This document shows positions 25,433-34,469 of a stretch of 38,360 nt of DNA, piece by piece; the stretch's first letter is position 1; the number at the start of each line of letters is the position of its first letter. The position numbers were made by a program, and so were the translations under genes. This DNA is from a virus (lineage: Duplodnaviria > Caudoviricetes): positions 1-38,360 of the IMG/VR virus record IMGVR_UViG_3300048575_000463. One strand, given 5' to 3'. The notes under the pieces are model-generated. The model was given only the letters and a program-made list of their open reading frames with translations. It ran no database searches and was not told the DNA's origin.

Positions 25433-28397
25433 CCAGCTTCCCCTGTTCCGCCTTTGGTTTCTTTTCTTCATCCGCGCCAGGCGCCATGATCAACGGATCC
25501 ACGCCATATTGAGTGGACAAACCCTGCAGTTTTGCCTCGTTGAAAAGCACCCAGTAACCGTCCGTCCGCCGGTCCGATCCCTTGAAACCCAGCGTTTTCC
25601 GCAAGATCGATCCGATCGTCCTGGGCTTCATCTTCCGGGTGGTGGGATCCTCTTCATCATCCTCCCGGGTTTTATTCATTTCCGTGATGATGTCATTGGC
25701 CACCGACGTCACAAACCCGATCTTGATCCAGGTCCCGTCCGAATCCACCCGTACGAATTCCTTATCGTTTTTGTAGATCGGGGTCAGCCAGATCTTCCAC
25801 ATCGCCTCAATGATCCGGGCTTCCTTCGTGGTCGATTTTTCGTAGATCGTTTCCTTGTAATATTCCTGCAGTGTCTCCTGGATATCCTTCCGTTGGTCTT
25901 CATCATCCCTGGCAATGGCCAGCAACGGCCCCGCCACCTGGTTGAGCCGGGCCGAGATCTCGAAGTTGTAGAACTGTTTGTCGATCTCTATTTCCGGTAC
26001 CCAGTTTTCCATCCGCCAGCGCAGCAGCATGTTCCGGATGGCCAGCGCCTGTTCGCGCATATTGTTGTTGATCTCCAGCGGAATATTCGCCTCAAACAAT
26101 TCATTGATCACCCTCATCGGCAACTTGACGGTGATGCACCGGCTGCCAACCGCGTCATCTTTGAAGTCTCCGCGCATCGCGATCAGTTTCGGGCCGAAGA
26201 TCTGGAAGGCCTCAGACTCGTATGCCTTGCCGCCCGACTGGTTTTTTGTATCGGTGGACCGCCATATCGGGTTATCCTTCATCGCCCCGGAGTTGTAAAA
26301 CTTGGTCATCTCACCGGCGGCCCCGGGGTCATTCATCAAATCGGCCTCATCAATAAAGACCGTGCATTTGTAGGTTTCAATATTCCGGAAGAGCGGTGAA
26401 AGAGTGGCGCCGCCGCTGGCCGTCATTGTCCGGTAGCACACCAGCCCGGTCCGCCGCATCAATTCACTTTTACCCGCCCCTGCCTCTCCGGTTGCCCTCA
26501 AATAAATGATCGTATTGAACGAGTTGTACATCCAGGTAAGCATCACGTAATAGGCGAACAGCCGCGAGATCTTCTCCGATGGCCACAGGTACACAGACTT
26601 CAAAAAGGTATTCACAATGTTGACCAGCTCGCCGATCGTTTTCTTTTCGCCGAGCTTCGAAGGGAATTGCACCGCGCCGATCCGCATAGCCGTGGTGGGT
26701 GGGTTGGCCTTGTACTTTTTCCCGTTGATCACCACGCTGGGCGCTTCCCAAACCTTTCCATCCGGGTCGCGCAGCGCCAGTTTTGTGGTGTCTTCATCCT
26801 TGTCGTACGTGCACTCTATCAGCCAGTATTCCTTTTCAGTGCTGCCTGGCTTTCGCACCACCACCGTATCGCCGAACGTGTAGATCGGTTCGCCGCCTTC
26901 ATCATCATCCGCCTTCACCGTGGCAGACATCGTGGCCAGCATCTGTTTGAATTCCGTGATCCCCACGCCGATCTTATCGGCCAGGTTCTTCCGGTATTTC
27001 GACAGTTCCAGATCCGTCATCCGCACGATCGTTCCCAGCGCCTGGTTGATCAACTCATCGCGTTCGGCGCCCATAGCCTTGCCAGCCAGGCGGCAGCGGG
27101 TTTCCACGTAGGTTCCAGCCCCGTTCATCGCCGCGTATATCAGAGCCGTCTGTTCTTCAGGGGAAATATTGGCCTGTGCCATGGCTTTGTGCACGTCGTT
27201 GGCGTCTTTGGCATCTTTCTGGCTGCCCTCCTGGTCGACGTAGTGCTGGTGTGAGTGCCCGTAAGTAACATCAAGCAACCGGGCCATGGGGCCGCACAGA
27301 TCAGCCAGCGCCATGTATTCGCTGTTGCCTGCCTTGTCGCGGTCCAGCGAAATGTAGATCACCTGGTGCGAAGTTTTCTTGTTTTCCTTATCCTGGTTCT
27401 TATCGATCTTCGCAAATTCCAACATTTTGCCGGCGTCTTTGATCTTCAAATTCATCAAAGCGACCGCCGGATACCCCCATTGCGCCATCGAAACCGCGTC
27501 CGCCTGCCCCTCAACGATCACCACAGCCTGCGAACTTGGCGTATATTCCCAATTAAAGTACAGCGGTTTTGCACCAACCAACTTCGATGGCAGGTTATAT
27601 TGACCGCGTTCCACACGTTCCTTGCCATTTTCATCCGTAGTTTTCTTCTCAAAAATGCCCCGGGCAGCCATATAAACCACCCGTCCGCGGTCAATATTCG
27701 GGTATATCAGCCGTTCCTGCCCCAACATCGACGGAATGTATCCCTGTTGGATCCATTTATTTGTGGTGCTCGAGTCATTCTGCAGATCATGCGCTCTTAA
27801 CCATTGCGTCACATCCCCCTGGTACCCCAATATCGAAACCACTACCGGCGAATCAAGATCCGCATCATATTTCAGAAGTGTGTCGCGCATTTCTTGCTTC
27901 TGTGAAACAGATCCACCGAAGCCATTTCCGCTATAACCAAGCCTGGCACGTTTTACAGTCTCTTCATTCCACCCCCGAAACCGCACATATTCCATAGCCT
28001 TTTCATCGGCCAGCAACCACCGGGTAAAAACAGTAGCCGCCACATCTAACGTAGCTTCACGCTCCATTGCAGAAATATATTCGTGAGTATTCTCCCCGCT
28101 CCACACCGGCGCCGGCAGATTGCACTTCCTGCAGATCAATTCAGCAGCAGCCTTCACGTCACAATGTTCACGTGCCTGCACGAACGAGAAAATATCGCCG
28201 CTCTCTCCGGCCGAGTGATCAGGCCCTCCCGAGAACCAGGTGTATACCCCCTTCGTTTCATTCACATACAGGCTGTCATGTTCCACGCACTGCCGTTCAC
28301 CACGGCCGGTCCGCAATGTAAAGCCATACAGCAGCAGCACGCGCTCCAAAGACACCTGTGACTTGATATTCTCAAAGATATTCGTTACTTCAGCCAT
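25428..28397 (-). CDS. DnaG-type primase fused to a P-loop ATPase/helicase
   Basis: Degenerate CHC2 finger (CVEH...GDIFSF), TOPRIM (IVEGQAD, LDRD), Walker A GEAGAGKS, Walker B VFIDEAD. Confidence 0.85.
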   Translation of the reverse strand: MAEVTNIFENIKSQVSLERVLLLYGFTLRTGRGERQCVEHDSLYVNETKGVYTWFSGGPDHSAGESGDIFSFVQAREHCDVKAAAELICRKCNLPAPVWSGENTHEYISAMEREATLDVAATVFTRWLLADEKAMEYVRFRGWNEETVKRARLGYSGNGFGGSVSQKQEMRDTLLKYDADLDSPVVVSILGYQGDVTQWLRAHDLQNDSSTTNKWIQQGYIPSMLGQERLIYPNIDRGRVVYMAARGIFEKKTTDENGKERVERGQYNLPSKLVGAKPLYFNWEYTPSSQAVVIVEGQADAVSMAQWGYPAVALMNLKIKDAGKMLEFAKIDKNQDKENKKTSHQVIYISLDRDKAGNSEYMALADLCGPMARLLDVTYGHSHQHYVDQEGSQKDAKDANDVHKAMAQANISPEEQTALIYAAMNGAGTYVETRCRLAGKAMGAERDELINQALGTIVRMTDLELSKYRKNLADKIGVGITEFKQMLATMSATVKADDDEGGEPIYTFGDTVVVRKPGSTEKEYWLIECTYDKDEDTTKLALRDPDGKVWEAPSVVINGKKYKANPPTTAMRIGAVQFPSKLGEKKTIGELVNIVNTFLKSVYLWPSEKISRLFAYYVMLTWMYNSFNTIIYLRATGEAGAGKSELMRRTGLVCYRTMTASGGATLSPLFRNIETYKCTVFIDEADLMNDPGAAGEMTKFYNSGAMKDNPIWRSTDTKNQSGGKAYESEAFQIFGPKLIAMRGDFKDDAVGSRCITVKLPMRVINELFEANIPLEINNNMREQALAIRNMLLRWRMENWVPEIEIDKQFYNFEISARLNQVAGPLLAIARDDEDQRKDIQETLQEYYKETIYEKSTTKEARIIEAMWKIWLTPIYKNDKEFVRVDSDGTWIKIGFVTSVANDIITEMNKTREDDEEDPTTRKMKPRTIGSILRKTLGFKGSDRRTDGYWVLFNEAKLQGLSTQYGVDPLIMAPGADEEKKPKAEQGKLV

Positions 28398-28606
28398 GTA
28401 ATCACCATATTTATAGGATTTTTGTTACCTGATTCTTGGCAAATTGGTCCGAATTTTCAGCACACTGCCTGCCTGGGGGGTGTGTAAGTTTTAGTTTGCG
28501 GTGACACCCCCCACCCTTCCCGGATGCCCGCCCGTGTTATACGCAATGTTTTGACGCCCTTATCGCCCACCTGGACGGCCTGATCTGCCTTGCCTTGCCC
28601 TGATTG

Positions 28607-28634
28607 ACTGCGTATAACAGCCGTTATACGCAAT
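28607..28634. other. dif/Xer-like tyrosine recombinase site
   Basis: ACTGCGTATAA-CAGCCG-TTATACGCAAT (11-6-11, arms 10/11 symmetric); extra arm copy at 28536-28550. Confidence 0.65.
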
Positions 28635-28794
28635 GTTGATAGCCACCCGCCCGCCAGGCATGCACCCTGATTCTCCATGCGCCTCGCCCAACCCGGGGTG
28701 TGGGCGGTAAAACGGGAACTTTGTGAATTCATTTTTCTGCTGCTTTCACTGGTTCCCAGCGCGCGCGTGGACAAGGCTGCTACTGTGCATGTGC

Positions 28795-29022
28795 TCATTG
28801 CATGGCTCCGCCCTCATAGCGTGACTGGATGTCGCGCAAGCGGCGTGATAGGTTGGCCAGATCGTCGGCTGCAGGGCCTAACAGGGAGCGGCATGGCAGT
28901 GTGACGAGCGCCCGGTCGACACGCATGCTGATCATCTCAATGATGACCAGGCATTGGCCAAGGGACGTCCTGCCATTCTCGATCTGTTCTGTACGGCTCT
29001 CATCAGCCAACGTGGGGCGCAT
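28795..29022 (-). CDS. Hypothetical protein
   Basis: 75-aa ORF in the chain, GGAG RBS. Confidence 0.5.
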   Translation of the reverse strand: MRPTLADESRTEQIENGRTSLGQCLVIIEMISMRVDRALVTLPCRSLLGPAADDLANLSRRLRDIQSRYEGGAMQ

Positions 29023-29024
29023 GT

Positions 29025-29387
29025 CTACTGCTCCAGTTTTTCACCACGGAGGATCTGGTTTTCGGCAATTGCGGATTCGCGCCCATCAGTGATCTGGATA
29101 TAGCGGTCGACCATGAGGCAGACGAACTCGATGGCCACGTCAGTGATGGCCATTGCCCAGAAGGCGATGATCCAGGCGCCTGCCTGTGGGATGATGTTCA
29201 TTCGCCAGACTGGGTTATGTCCCCAATCCAGGATCAGGCAGGAGAAGGGCACGAGCAGGCAGGCTAAATGGCAAGTCCACATGACAAGGGACGGTTTGCC
29301 ATTACGAAACAGCCACATCCACGGGATCCAGTGATTCCCTATTACCATCGCCCAACTGAACATTAGGGCCGCCAGGAGCTGCATCAT
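29025..29387 (-). CDS. Hypothetical membrane protein
   Basis: 120 aa with 3 hydrophobic segments; GGAGG RBS. Confidence 0.55.
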   Translation of the reverse strand: MMQLLAALMFSWAMVIGNHWIPWMWLFRNGKPSLVMWTCHLACLLVPFSCLILDWGHNPVWRMNIIPQAGAWIIAFWAMAITDVAIEFVCLMVDRYIQITDGRESAIAENQILRGEKLEQ

Positions 29388-29499
29388 GTTCGACCTCCAT
29401 CAAATATTTGGCCAGTAGATCAATCGCGAAGCGCTGCCGGCGCCGGTATTCCGGCGGGCAAGGGACGATGCGCGATGTGACTACGACCGTGAATTTCAT
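29302..29499 (-). CDS. Small hypothetical protein
   Basis: 65 aa; TGATG coupling to the upstream gene; overlaps the next ORF. Confidence 0.4.
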   Translation of the reverse strand: MKFTVVVTSRIVPCPPEYRRRQRFAIDLLAKYLMEVEHDAAPGGPNVQLGDGNRESLDPVDVAVS

Positions 29500-30572
29500 C
29501 AGCCCAAACCTTCGGGCGTGGCAAGGGCAATAAATGACTTTATTGACTGCGTCCCTTCAAATTCAACGTGGCGGCAGACGTTTGGCGCATCTGGATGGTC
29601 GGGGCTGTCAATGTCGACGCGATGCAGATCAGCAATGGCGGCTTCCGGGCGATATCCATTGACCAGGTCGCCATGATTGACTTCGACGTAGTATCCGGCT
29701 TCATCTGGGACGGGGGCTGTGGTGTAAACGTGCGTGAAGAATGGTTTTTGTTCTCCTGGGATCTGGATGGCCAGGCGTAGGCGGTAGACGGTAAAAGGCC
29801 TGAAAAGGGCGGCTGCCTGTTCTTCGAGCTGTTTCTCTTCAGCCAGAATGGCGGCTGCTTCTTCTTCCGCGGCTTTACGCTGGATGGCGATGGCTATGAT
29901 TTCATCGGAGCGGCGTTTTGAGGCGGCGTTCCAGCGGTCGAGATGATCGGGAAAAACGGTCTGCGCGGTGGCCAGCCATTTCTGGACAGTCGGGATATCG
30001 TGACATTCTTTCAGACCGTTTTCCATCTGCTGCAGATTGGCCAGCATGATGCGCTGGCTTTCGGCCATTGCGTAGCGGCTGACCTTTTCTCGGTGCATGG
30101 CGACTTCGACCAGCAGGCTAGAAAGGGGCGTTTTCTCGATCGGCTGGGCCTGTTCGTCATATTTTCCCGTTGCATTGGGCGAGGCGATCAGCGATGGCAA
30201 TTTGATGTTGACTTTACGCGGCGCTTTTTCGCCCAACGGGTCTACCAGGACGAATTCGATCCAGGATGCGGCTCGTGGATATGTGGACCATCCGATGGCC
30301 CATGGGAAGCTGATAATGTGACCTTCTATGCCGTGCCAGCGGAATACTTTGATGAATTTGACGGAACCGGCAGAAGTGATGACGAAGGTCGCTTCAGCCA
30401 GTTCGTCCATTTCTTTGAGAATGGGATCGAGCCAGATCTCGCAATTGAGTTCAAAAAGGGGCAGACCATCAGTGCCAATCTGCTTGCGCTGTTTCATGCC
30501 TTCTTCGGATCCGGCGTTGATGCTGTCGAAAACGGACTGCAGGAAGTCAGGATTGTTTGTCTGTGCGACCAT
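29499..30572 (-). CDS. Hypothetical protein with a coiled-coil segment
   Basis: 357-aa ORF with GGAG RBS; no family recognised. Confidence 0.65.
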   Translation of the reverse strand: MVAQTNNPDFLQSVFDSINAGSEEGMKQRKQIGTDGLPLFELNCEIWLDPILKEMDELAEATFVITSAGSVKFIKVFRWHGIEGHIISFPWAIGWSTYPRAASWIEFVLVDPLGEKAPRKVNIKLPSLIASPNATGKYDEQAQPIEKTPLSSLLVEVAMHREKVSRYAMAESQRIMLANLQQMENGLKECHDIPTVQKWLATAQTVFPDHLDRWNAASKRRSDEIIAIAIQRKAAEEEAAAILAEEKQLEEQAAALFRPFTVYRLRLAIQIPGEQKPFFTHVYTTAPVPDEAGYYVEVNHGDLVNGYRPEAAIADLHRVDIDSPDHPDAPNVCRHVEFEGTQSIKSFIALATPEGLG

Positions 30573-30783
30573 TGTTTTTCTCCGGGACTAAGGTCAGATA
30601 GACATGGTTGACATCGGGATCTGTTTCGGTGGGCCTGGAACCAGACCAATCAATGGCTTTGCGGCCGATGCTTTCGATGCCGTTGATAATTTCATGCGCC
30701 ACGAGCTGGGGAAGTTCGCCCTCGCCGGTGATGCGGATACGCACGGAGCGCTTGCGGATGTTGTCACGGGTTAGTTCTGTCAT
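30547..30783 (-). CDS. Hypothetical protein
   Basis: 78-aa ORF with GGAG RBS. Confidence 0.5.
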   Translation of the reverse strand: MTELTRDNIRKRSVRIRITGEGELPQLVAHEIINGIESIGRKAIDWSGSRPTETDPDVNHVYLTLVPEKNNGRTDKQS

Positions 30784-31090
30784 TTATTTTTTCTCCATTT
30801 ATCCAGGCGGTTACAGCATCTTTTATTGACTTGCTTTCAATCTGCCGAATGTCGCGCCGTTCGCATTTCAGACGCCTCAGATAAATCTTTGCGTCTTTGA
30901 ACCTTTTCCGGGCTTTTTTCAATTCCCTTTTGGCGTCATATATGGCATCTTCCATTGCCAATTCAGCAGGTGATTTCCTGTCATTCCATAGATATTCCAG
31001 GTGACAATGTTCACAACGTTCTTCATCGATATCGCCAAATTCATCGAGCGGGGTGGGGAGATCACAGCCACAGTCAACGCAGGTTTTCAT
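30764..31090 (-). CDS. Zinc-finger plus coiled-coil hypothetical protein
   Basis: CVDC...CEHC followed by a basic coiled coil; start uncertain (31090 or 31120). Confidence 0.5.
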   Translation of the reverse strand: MKTCVDCGCDLPTPLDEFGDIDEERCEHCHLEYLWNDRKSPAELAMEDAIYDAKRELKKARKRFKDAKIYLRRLKCERRDIRQIESKSIKDAVTAWINGEKINDRTNP

Positions 31091-31493
31091 GGCCCATGTC
31101 CCTGGGGGAATTGTCAACATCAGCTTCTTCCGGAGCGGTGACGTTGCATGAATGAATTTCTTTCGCGATTTTTTCCGCCTCAAGGCGTATTTGTTTTGTG
31201 ACAATGTATTGCACCATGCCAATTCCGCATTTAGGCAGTTTTTTCAATCCAATATCAGCATCAAGACCACCCTGGTTCGCAAAGAACACAGCGTCAGCTC
31301 GTCCAATAATTACTTCAATTGCGCCAAGTATTCGGAAGAATAAAGGGAGCCTGGCCGGACGCTGGAGCCACCATCCATAGTCATCTTTGATTGTGTCTGT
31401 CAAACCATCAACAAAATACACACCATTGATGAAATTCCGATCCTTACGGGAATAATTCAATCTCCAATTTTTGAAATAAATACGCGTCCTCAT
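31074..31493 (-). CDS. Hypothetical protein (AT-rich)
   Basis: 139-aa ORF directly after the recombinase. Confidence 0.5.
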   Translation of the reverse strand: MRTRIYFKNWRLNYSRKDRNFINGVYFVDGLTDTIKDDYGWWLQRPARLPLFFRILGAIEVIIGRADAVFFANQGGLDADIGLKKLPKCGIGMVQYIVTKQIRLEAEKIAKEIHSCNVTAPEEADVDNSPRDMGHENLR

Positions 31494-31494
31494 C

Positions 31495-32472
31495 TCAATC
31501 CCATCCTTTCGGCAGATCCGCGTAAGCGGCGGCTTCCACAGCGGCTCTCAGCTCTTCCTCGCCAGGTGACTGGTAACGCATGGTCTGTTTGACGTTGGTG
31601 TGACGCATCAGCTGCTGGGCCACCGGCAGTGGGACGTTGGCGCGGTCCAGCTTTTTGCCAAAGCAATGGCGCAGCATGTGCGGCGTCAGTCCGTCGATCT
31701 GGCAATCACGGCCGGCCTCGACCACAATGTTCTGCAGCTGGCGTTCTTTGATAGGAAATAAGATGGCGTCTGCCGGCAGATCCGCACCGTCAAGAAAAGC
31801 GCTGAGGTAATGGCGCAATTCGGAACACAGCGGGACTTTGCCGTATTTCTGGCCCTTGCCGTAAACAAAAACGTGCCCGCTGCGTTCGTGGATCTCGATG
31901 TTTGAACGGCGCAGCTTGCAGACTTCGAATTCACGCAGGCCGGCGTAGGCCATGAGGGCCAGCATGGCCACATTGCGGCGTGCCATGGATTTCTGCCGCG
32001 GTGTGTGGGCGGCGTCTTCAGCATGTTCCAGCCAGCGTTCGAGCCTGTGAAATTTCGACTGGTCGATCCAGCGCGGCGCGTCTTCCTTCTGCTGTTTGGC
32101 CCGGTCGACGCCGCGCAGCAGATCTGTCGAATTGATGCCCTGGGCGCGAAGGTAGCGGCTGTAAACGGCCACGAATGCGCGCCGGCGGTTCCAACTGGCG
32201 GGCGCCCATCCGGCAACTTCCAGCGCGTGATGGCGCCAGGCGCGGATGTCACTGGAGGAGAGCAAGCGCGCGTCAAATTTCTCCGGGCGGTTGTGCTCTT
32301 CGTACCAGGCAGTCAACACGGCCAGATCTGATTGATAGGATTTCCCGGTTGTGCCCGGGACGCCCTCTGTGTTGAGCCAGGCGCCGAAGGTGACCGGGGA
32401 GGCAATCACCTTCGGGCTGGCATGAGAGGGACGGATATGTTTGTGGTAAGTGGGGATGGTGGCGATGGTCAT
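31495..32472 (-). CDS. Tyrosine recombinase (XerC/D-like resolvase)
   Basis: SAM-like N-domain; catalytic R (AGLREFE), K (GKGQK), HxxR (HMLRH), H (MRH) and Y (TMRY). Confidence 0.9.
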   Translation of the reverse strand: MTIATIPTYHKHIRPSHASPKVIASPVTFGAWLNTEGVPGTTGKSYQSDLAVLTAWYEEHNRPEKFDARLLSSSDIRAWRHHALEVAGWAPASWNRRRAFVAVYSRYLRAQGINSTDLLRGVDRAKQQKEDAPRWIDQSKFHRLERWLEHAEDAAHTPRQKSMARRNVAMLALMAYAGLREFEVCKLRRSNIEIHERSGHVFVYGKGQKYGKVPLCSELRHYLSAFLDGADLPADAILFPIKERQLQNIVVEAGRDCQIDGLTPHMLRHCFGKKLDRANVPLPVAQQLMRHTNVKQTMRYQSPGEEELRAAVEAAAYADLPKGWD

Positions 32473-32696
32473 CAGTGCACCATGATCCCGAGAATGATGC
32501 CGGCAACAAAAACGACGGCAAAGGCTATGATCATGATCAGGCCAAAAATGCCATTTCCGGCTTCTTCATCTTCATTTACCGGAGTAGTCGGGGTTTTCTT
32601 TTGCGGAATGTTGTATAGATCAGATCCGCAGTCTGGGCAGGCTCCGTCAGAATCGACAAATTTTTGGCAATTTATGCAATACGCAATCTCTGTCAT
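32472..32696 (-). CDS. Zinc-ribbon plus C-terminal TM protein
   Basis: CINC...CPDC followed by a hydrophobic helix. Confidence 0.6.
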   Translation of the reverse strand: MTEIAYCINCQKFVDSDGACPDCGSDLYNIPQKKTPTTPVNEDEEAGNGIFGLIMIIAFAVVFVAGIILGIMVH

Positions 32697-32986
32697 TTGG
32701 CACCTTGCCGGGCCAGCGAGATGACGCGGCTGACCAGCGCGGACGGATTATTGATCTGCATATGCGGCCCAAACGGGTGACGGGCTGCAGAGAGGCACAG
32801 GCTGAAAAGAGCTTGATCCAGCCCGAGCAAATTGCGAAATTCCACGGCATTTGTCAGGTTGAGGTTGGCCACTTTGATCAGAGCGCGGGCCTGAGCGTCA
32901 ACCTGTGCCTCGCCTGATTTCTTGGAGGCTGCTTTGCACAGATTGCGGGCTTCATCCAATTTTTGAAGCGCGGAGACGGTGGTCAT
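32693..32986 (-). CDS. Hypothetical protein
   Basis: 97 aa; ATGA overlaps on both sides. Confidence 0.55.
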   Translation of the reverse strand: MTTVSALQKLDEARNLCKAASKKSGEAQVDAQARALIKVANLNLTNAVEFRNLLGLDQALFSLCLSAARHPFGPHMQINNPSALVSRVISLARQGAK

Positions 32987-33978
32987 TTGCCACCGGCCTT
33001 CGCTATATATTTGAAAACATGAAAGACCCGACCGAAAACTGATTCACCAAGAGAGGCTGCCACCATGGCGCCGAAATAACCGATGCGTTCATTACCGACA
33101 TTGAGAGGGCTTAATTCGCCATTTAGACTAACTGGGTGCCAAATGCGCCAGGTGAGGATATTATTCCGGATCTCTTGAGCTTCTTTATGAGCTTCCGGCG
33201 GGAGAATGAAAGGAATTTCAGCCCGTTGCAGGTCAATCATTTTGACCGGGTTTAAATTAAGAATGACTGACCTGGTTTGAACTGATCCGCCCAATTTAAA
33301 GCGTCTGGAAAGGATAATCTTCGGGCCAAAAACGCTAAAAGCCTTAGATTCATATGTTTTTCTATTCCCGAATATCTTTTGAACAACCTTGAATAACCAG
33401 TTCGATCTTGTAGCACCAAGATTCAGGACTTTTAAATATTCCTGATCAATTTCTGGATTGATTACATCATCAAAGATAACGGTTGCCTTGTATTTATCAA
33501 CCGCTTTCATAACCCGTCTTTCAGAGTGGCCCCCTTCAGCAAAAATTGGGCGATAGACAATGAGGCCAAGTAATTCAGACAACCGGGTTTTCCCAGATCC
33601 CGCATACCCATCGATATCTACATAAAAACAAGTCCCAAAAATATCGGCCTGCCAGGTATAAAGAGAATATTGGGCCAGAAACATTCTCTGTTCTGGAATA
33701 GTGAAGAAGAAATATTTTGCATAAAAGGCTTCGATCTGGGAAAGTAAAACATCAGTTGAAACCAATTTCCCAAGACCGGATGCTGATTTGATGATCCCAT
33801 TCCGGATGATAAAACCTGGTTCGGCTGCCTTGTAGGTGATGCCATCGCGTTCGATAGTCTCCCCACTGACCACTTTGCCATAATGCATTGTCACCAGGCT
33901 GGCTTTCCCGGTACTCGGATCAAAGATATATTCGATCGATTCGCCATTTGGGAATCTGACACCATATGTTTCTTCCAT
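32983..33978 (-). CDS. P-loop ATPase paralogous to the primase C-terminal domain
   Basis: Walker A GYAGSGKT, Walker B VIFDD, YESKAFSVFGPKI; collinear with the C-terminal half of the 989-aa primase; GGAGGG RBS before ATG 33978. Confidence 0.8.
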   Translation of the reverse strand: MEETYGVRFPNGESIEYIFDPSTGKASLVTMHYGKVVSGETIERDGITYKAAEPGFIIRNGIIKSASGLGKLVSTDVLLSQIEAFYAKYFFFTIPEQRMFLAQYSLYTWQADIFGTCFYVDIDGYAGSGKTRLSELLGLIVYRPIFAEGGHSERRVMKAVDKYKATVIFDDVINPEIDQEYLKVLNLGATRSNWLFKVVQKIFGNRKTYESKAFSVFGPKIILSRRFKLGGSVQTRSVILNLNPVKMIDLQRAEIPFILPPEAHKEAQEIRNNILTWRIWHPVSLNGELSPLNVGNERIGYFGAMVAASLGESVFGRVFHVFKYIAKAGGK

Positions 33979-34121
33979 AGAACCCTCCAGAATGAAAAAG
34001 AAAATTGTTTGTTTCAAGGTTGGCGGCTTTGAGGTGATCGTCACCGCCAATTGGTTGACAAGACTAGGCTTTGGACGTGTTGCTGATCAGACTTTCAAAC
34101 GAGTCACCTCCTCCCAAGAAG

Positions 34122-34158
34122 AAAACAAAACCGGCGTGACGAATAACTCCCACACCGG
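34122..34158 (-). terminator. tR1-like terminator after the cro-like gene
   Basis: CCGGTGTG...CACGCCGG followed by TTTTGTTTT on the minus strand. Confidence 0.5.
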
Positions 34159-34169
34159 GAAAAGCCGTG

Positions 34170-34364
34170 CTATTCTGTTTTTGCGGGCGCGGGAATGACC
34201 ACCGCTTCGCCCAGGAGTACCGGATATGCAATCTCTACAGCTTTATCAAGCACCCATCCCTGGGAGCGATCTTCACGCTTGCAGATCTCCGTGACACGAT
34301 CTTCCGTCTCGACAAGAATTTTTCGGGTGACAATTACCTTTTCGCCTCTACTGATTTTGGCCAT
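34170..34364 (-). CDS. Cro-position ribbon-helix-helix (Arc/CopG-like) regulator
   Basis: Beta strand VIVTRKI, helix ending KREDRS, second helix QGWVLDKAVE; divergent from the repressor; AGGAG RBS. Confidence 0.65.
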   Translation of the reverse strand: MAKISRGEKVIVTRKILVETEDRVTEICKREDRSQGWVLDKAVEIAYPVLLGEAVVIPAPAKTE

Positions 34365-34375
34365 GTGTGCTCCTG

Positions 34376-34463
34376 AATATACATTACTAATGTAAATGTA
34401 TATTACAAGAGTACTAGTAATTTGTCAATAGGTCTATTTATGAATATTTACAGTTGTTATAAT
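34376..34463. promoter_or_regulatory. Divergent promoters/operators of the genetic switch
   Basis: Minus strand TTGACA(34423-28)-17-TAATAT(34400-05); plus strand TGn-TATAAT(34458-63); palindromes TACATTA-C-TAATGTA and AATATACATT/AATGTATATT. Confidence 0.7.
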
Positions 34464-34469
34464 GAACGC

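Noticed and set aside
28457-28798. 113-aa ORF upstream of the primase
   Set aside because: It spans the dif-like site and repeats (TLRIT twice) and has odd composition. It could be real, but I cannot support it.
31495-32472. Tyrosine recombinase as the prophage integrase
   Set aside because: It lies 5 kb from att inside the early operon and has no obvious arm-binding N-domain; the symmetric attP abuts the serine recombinase instead.
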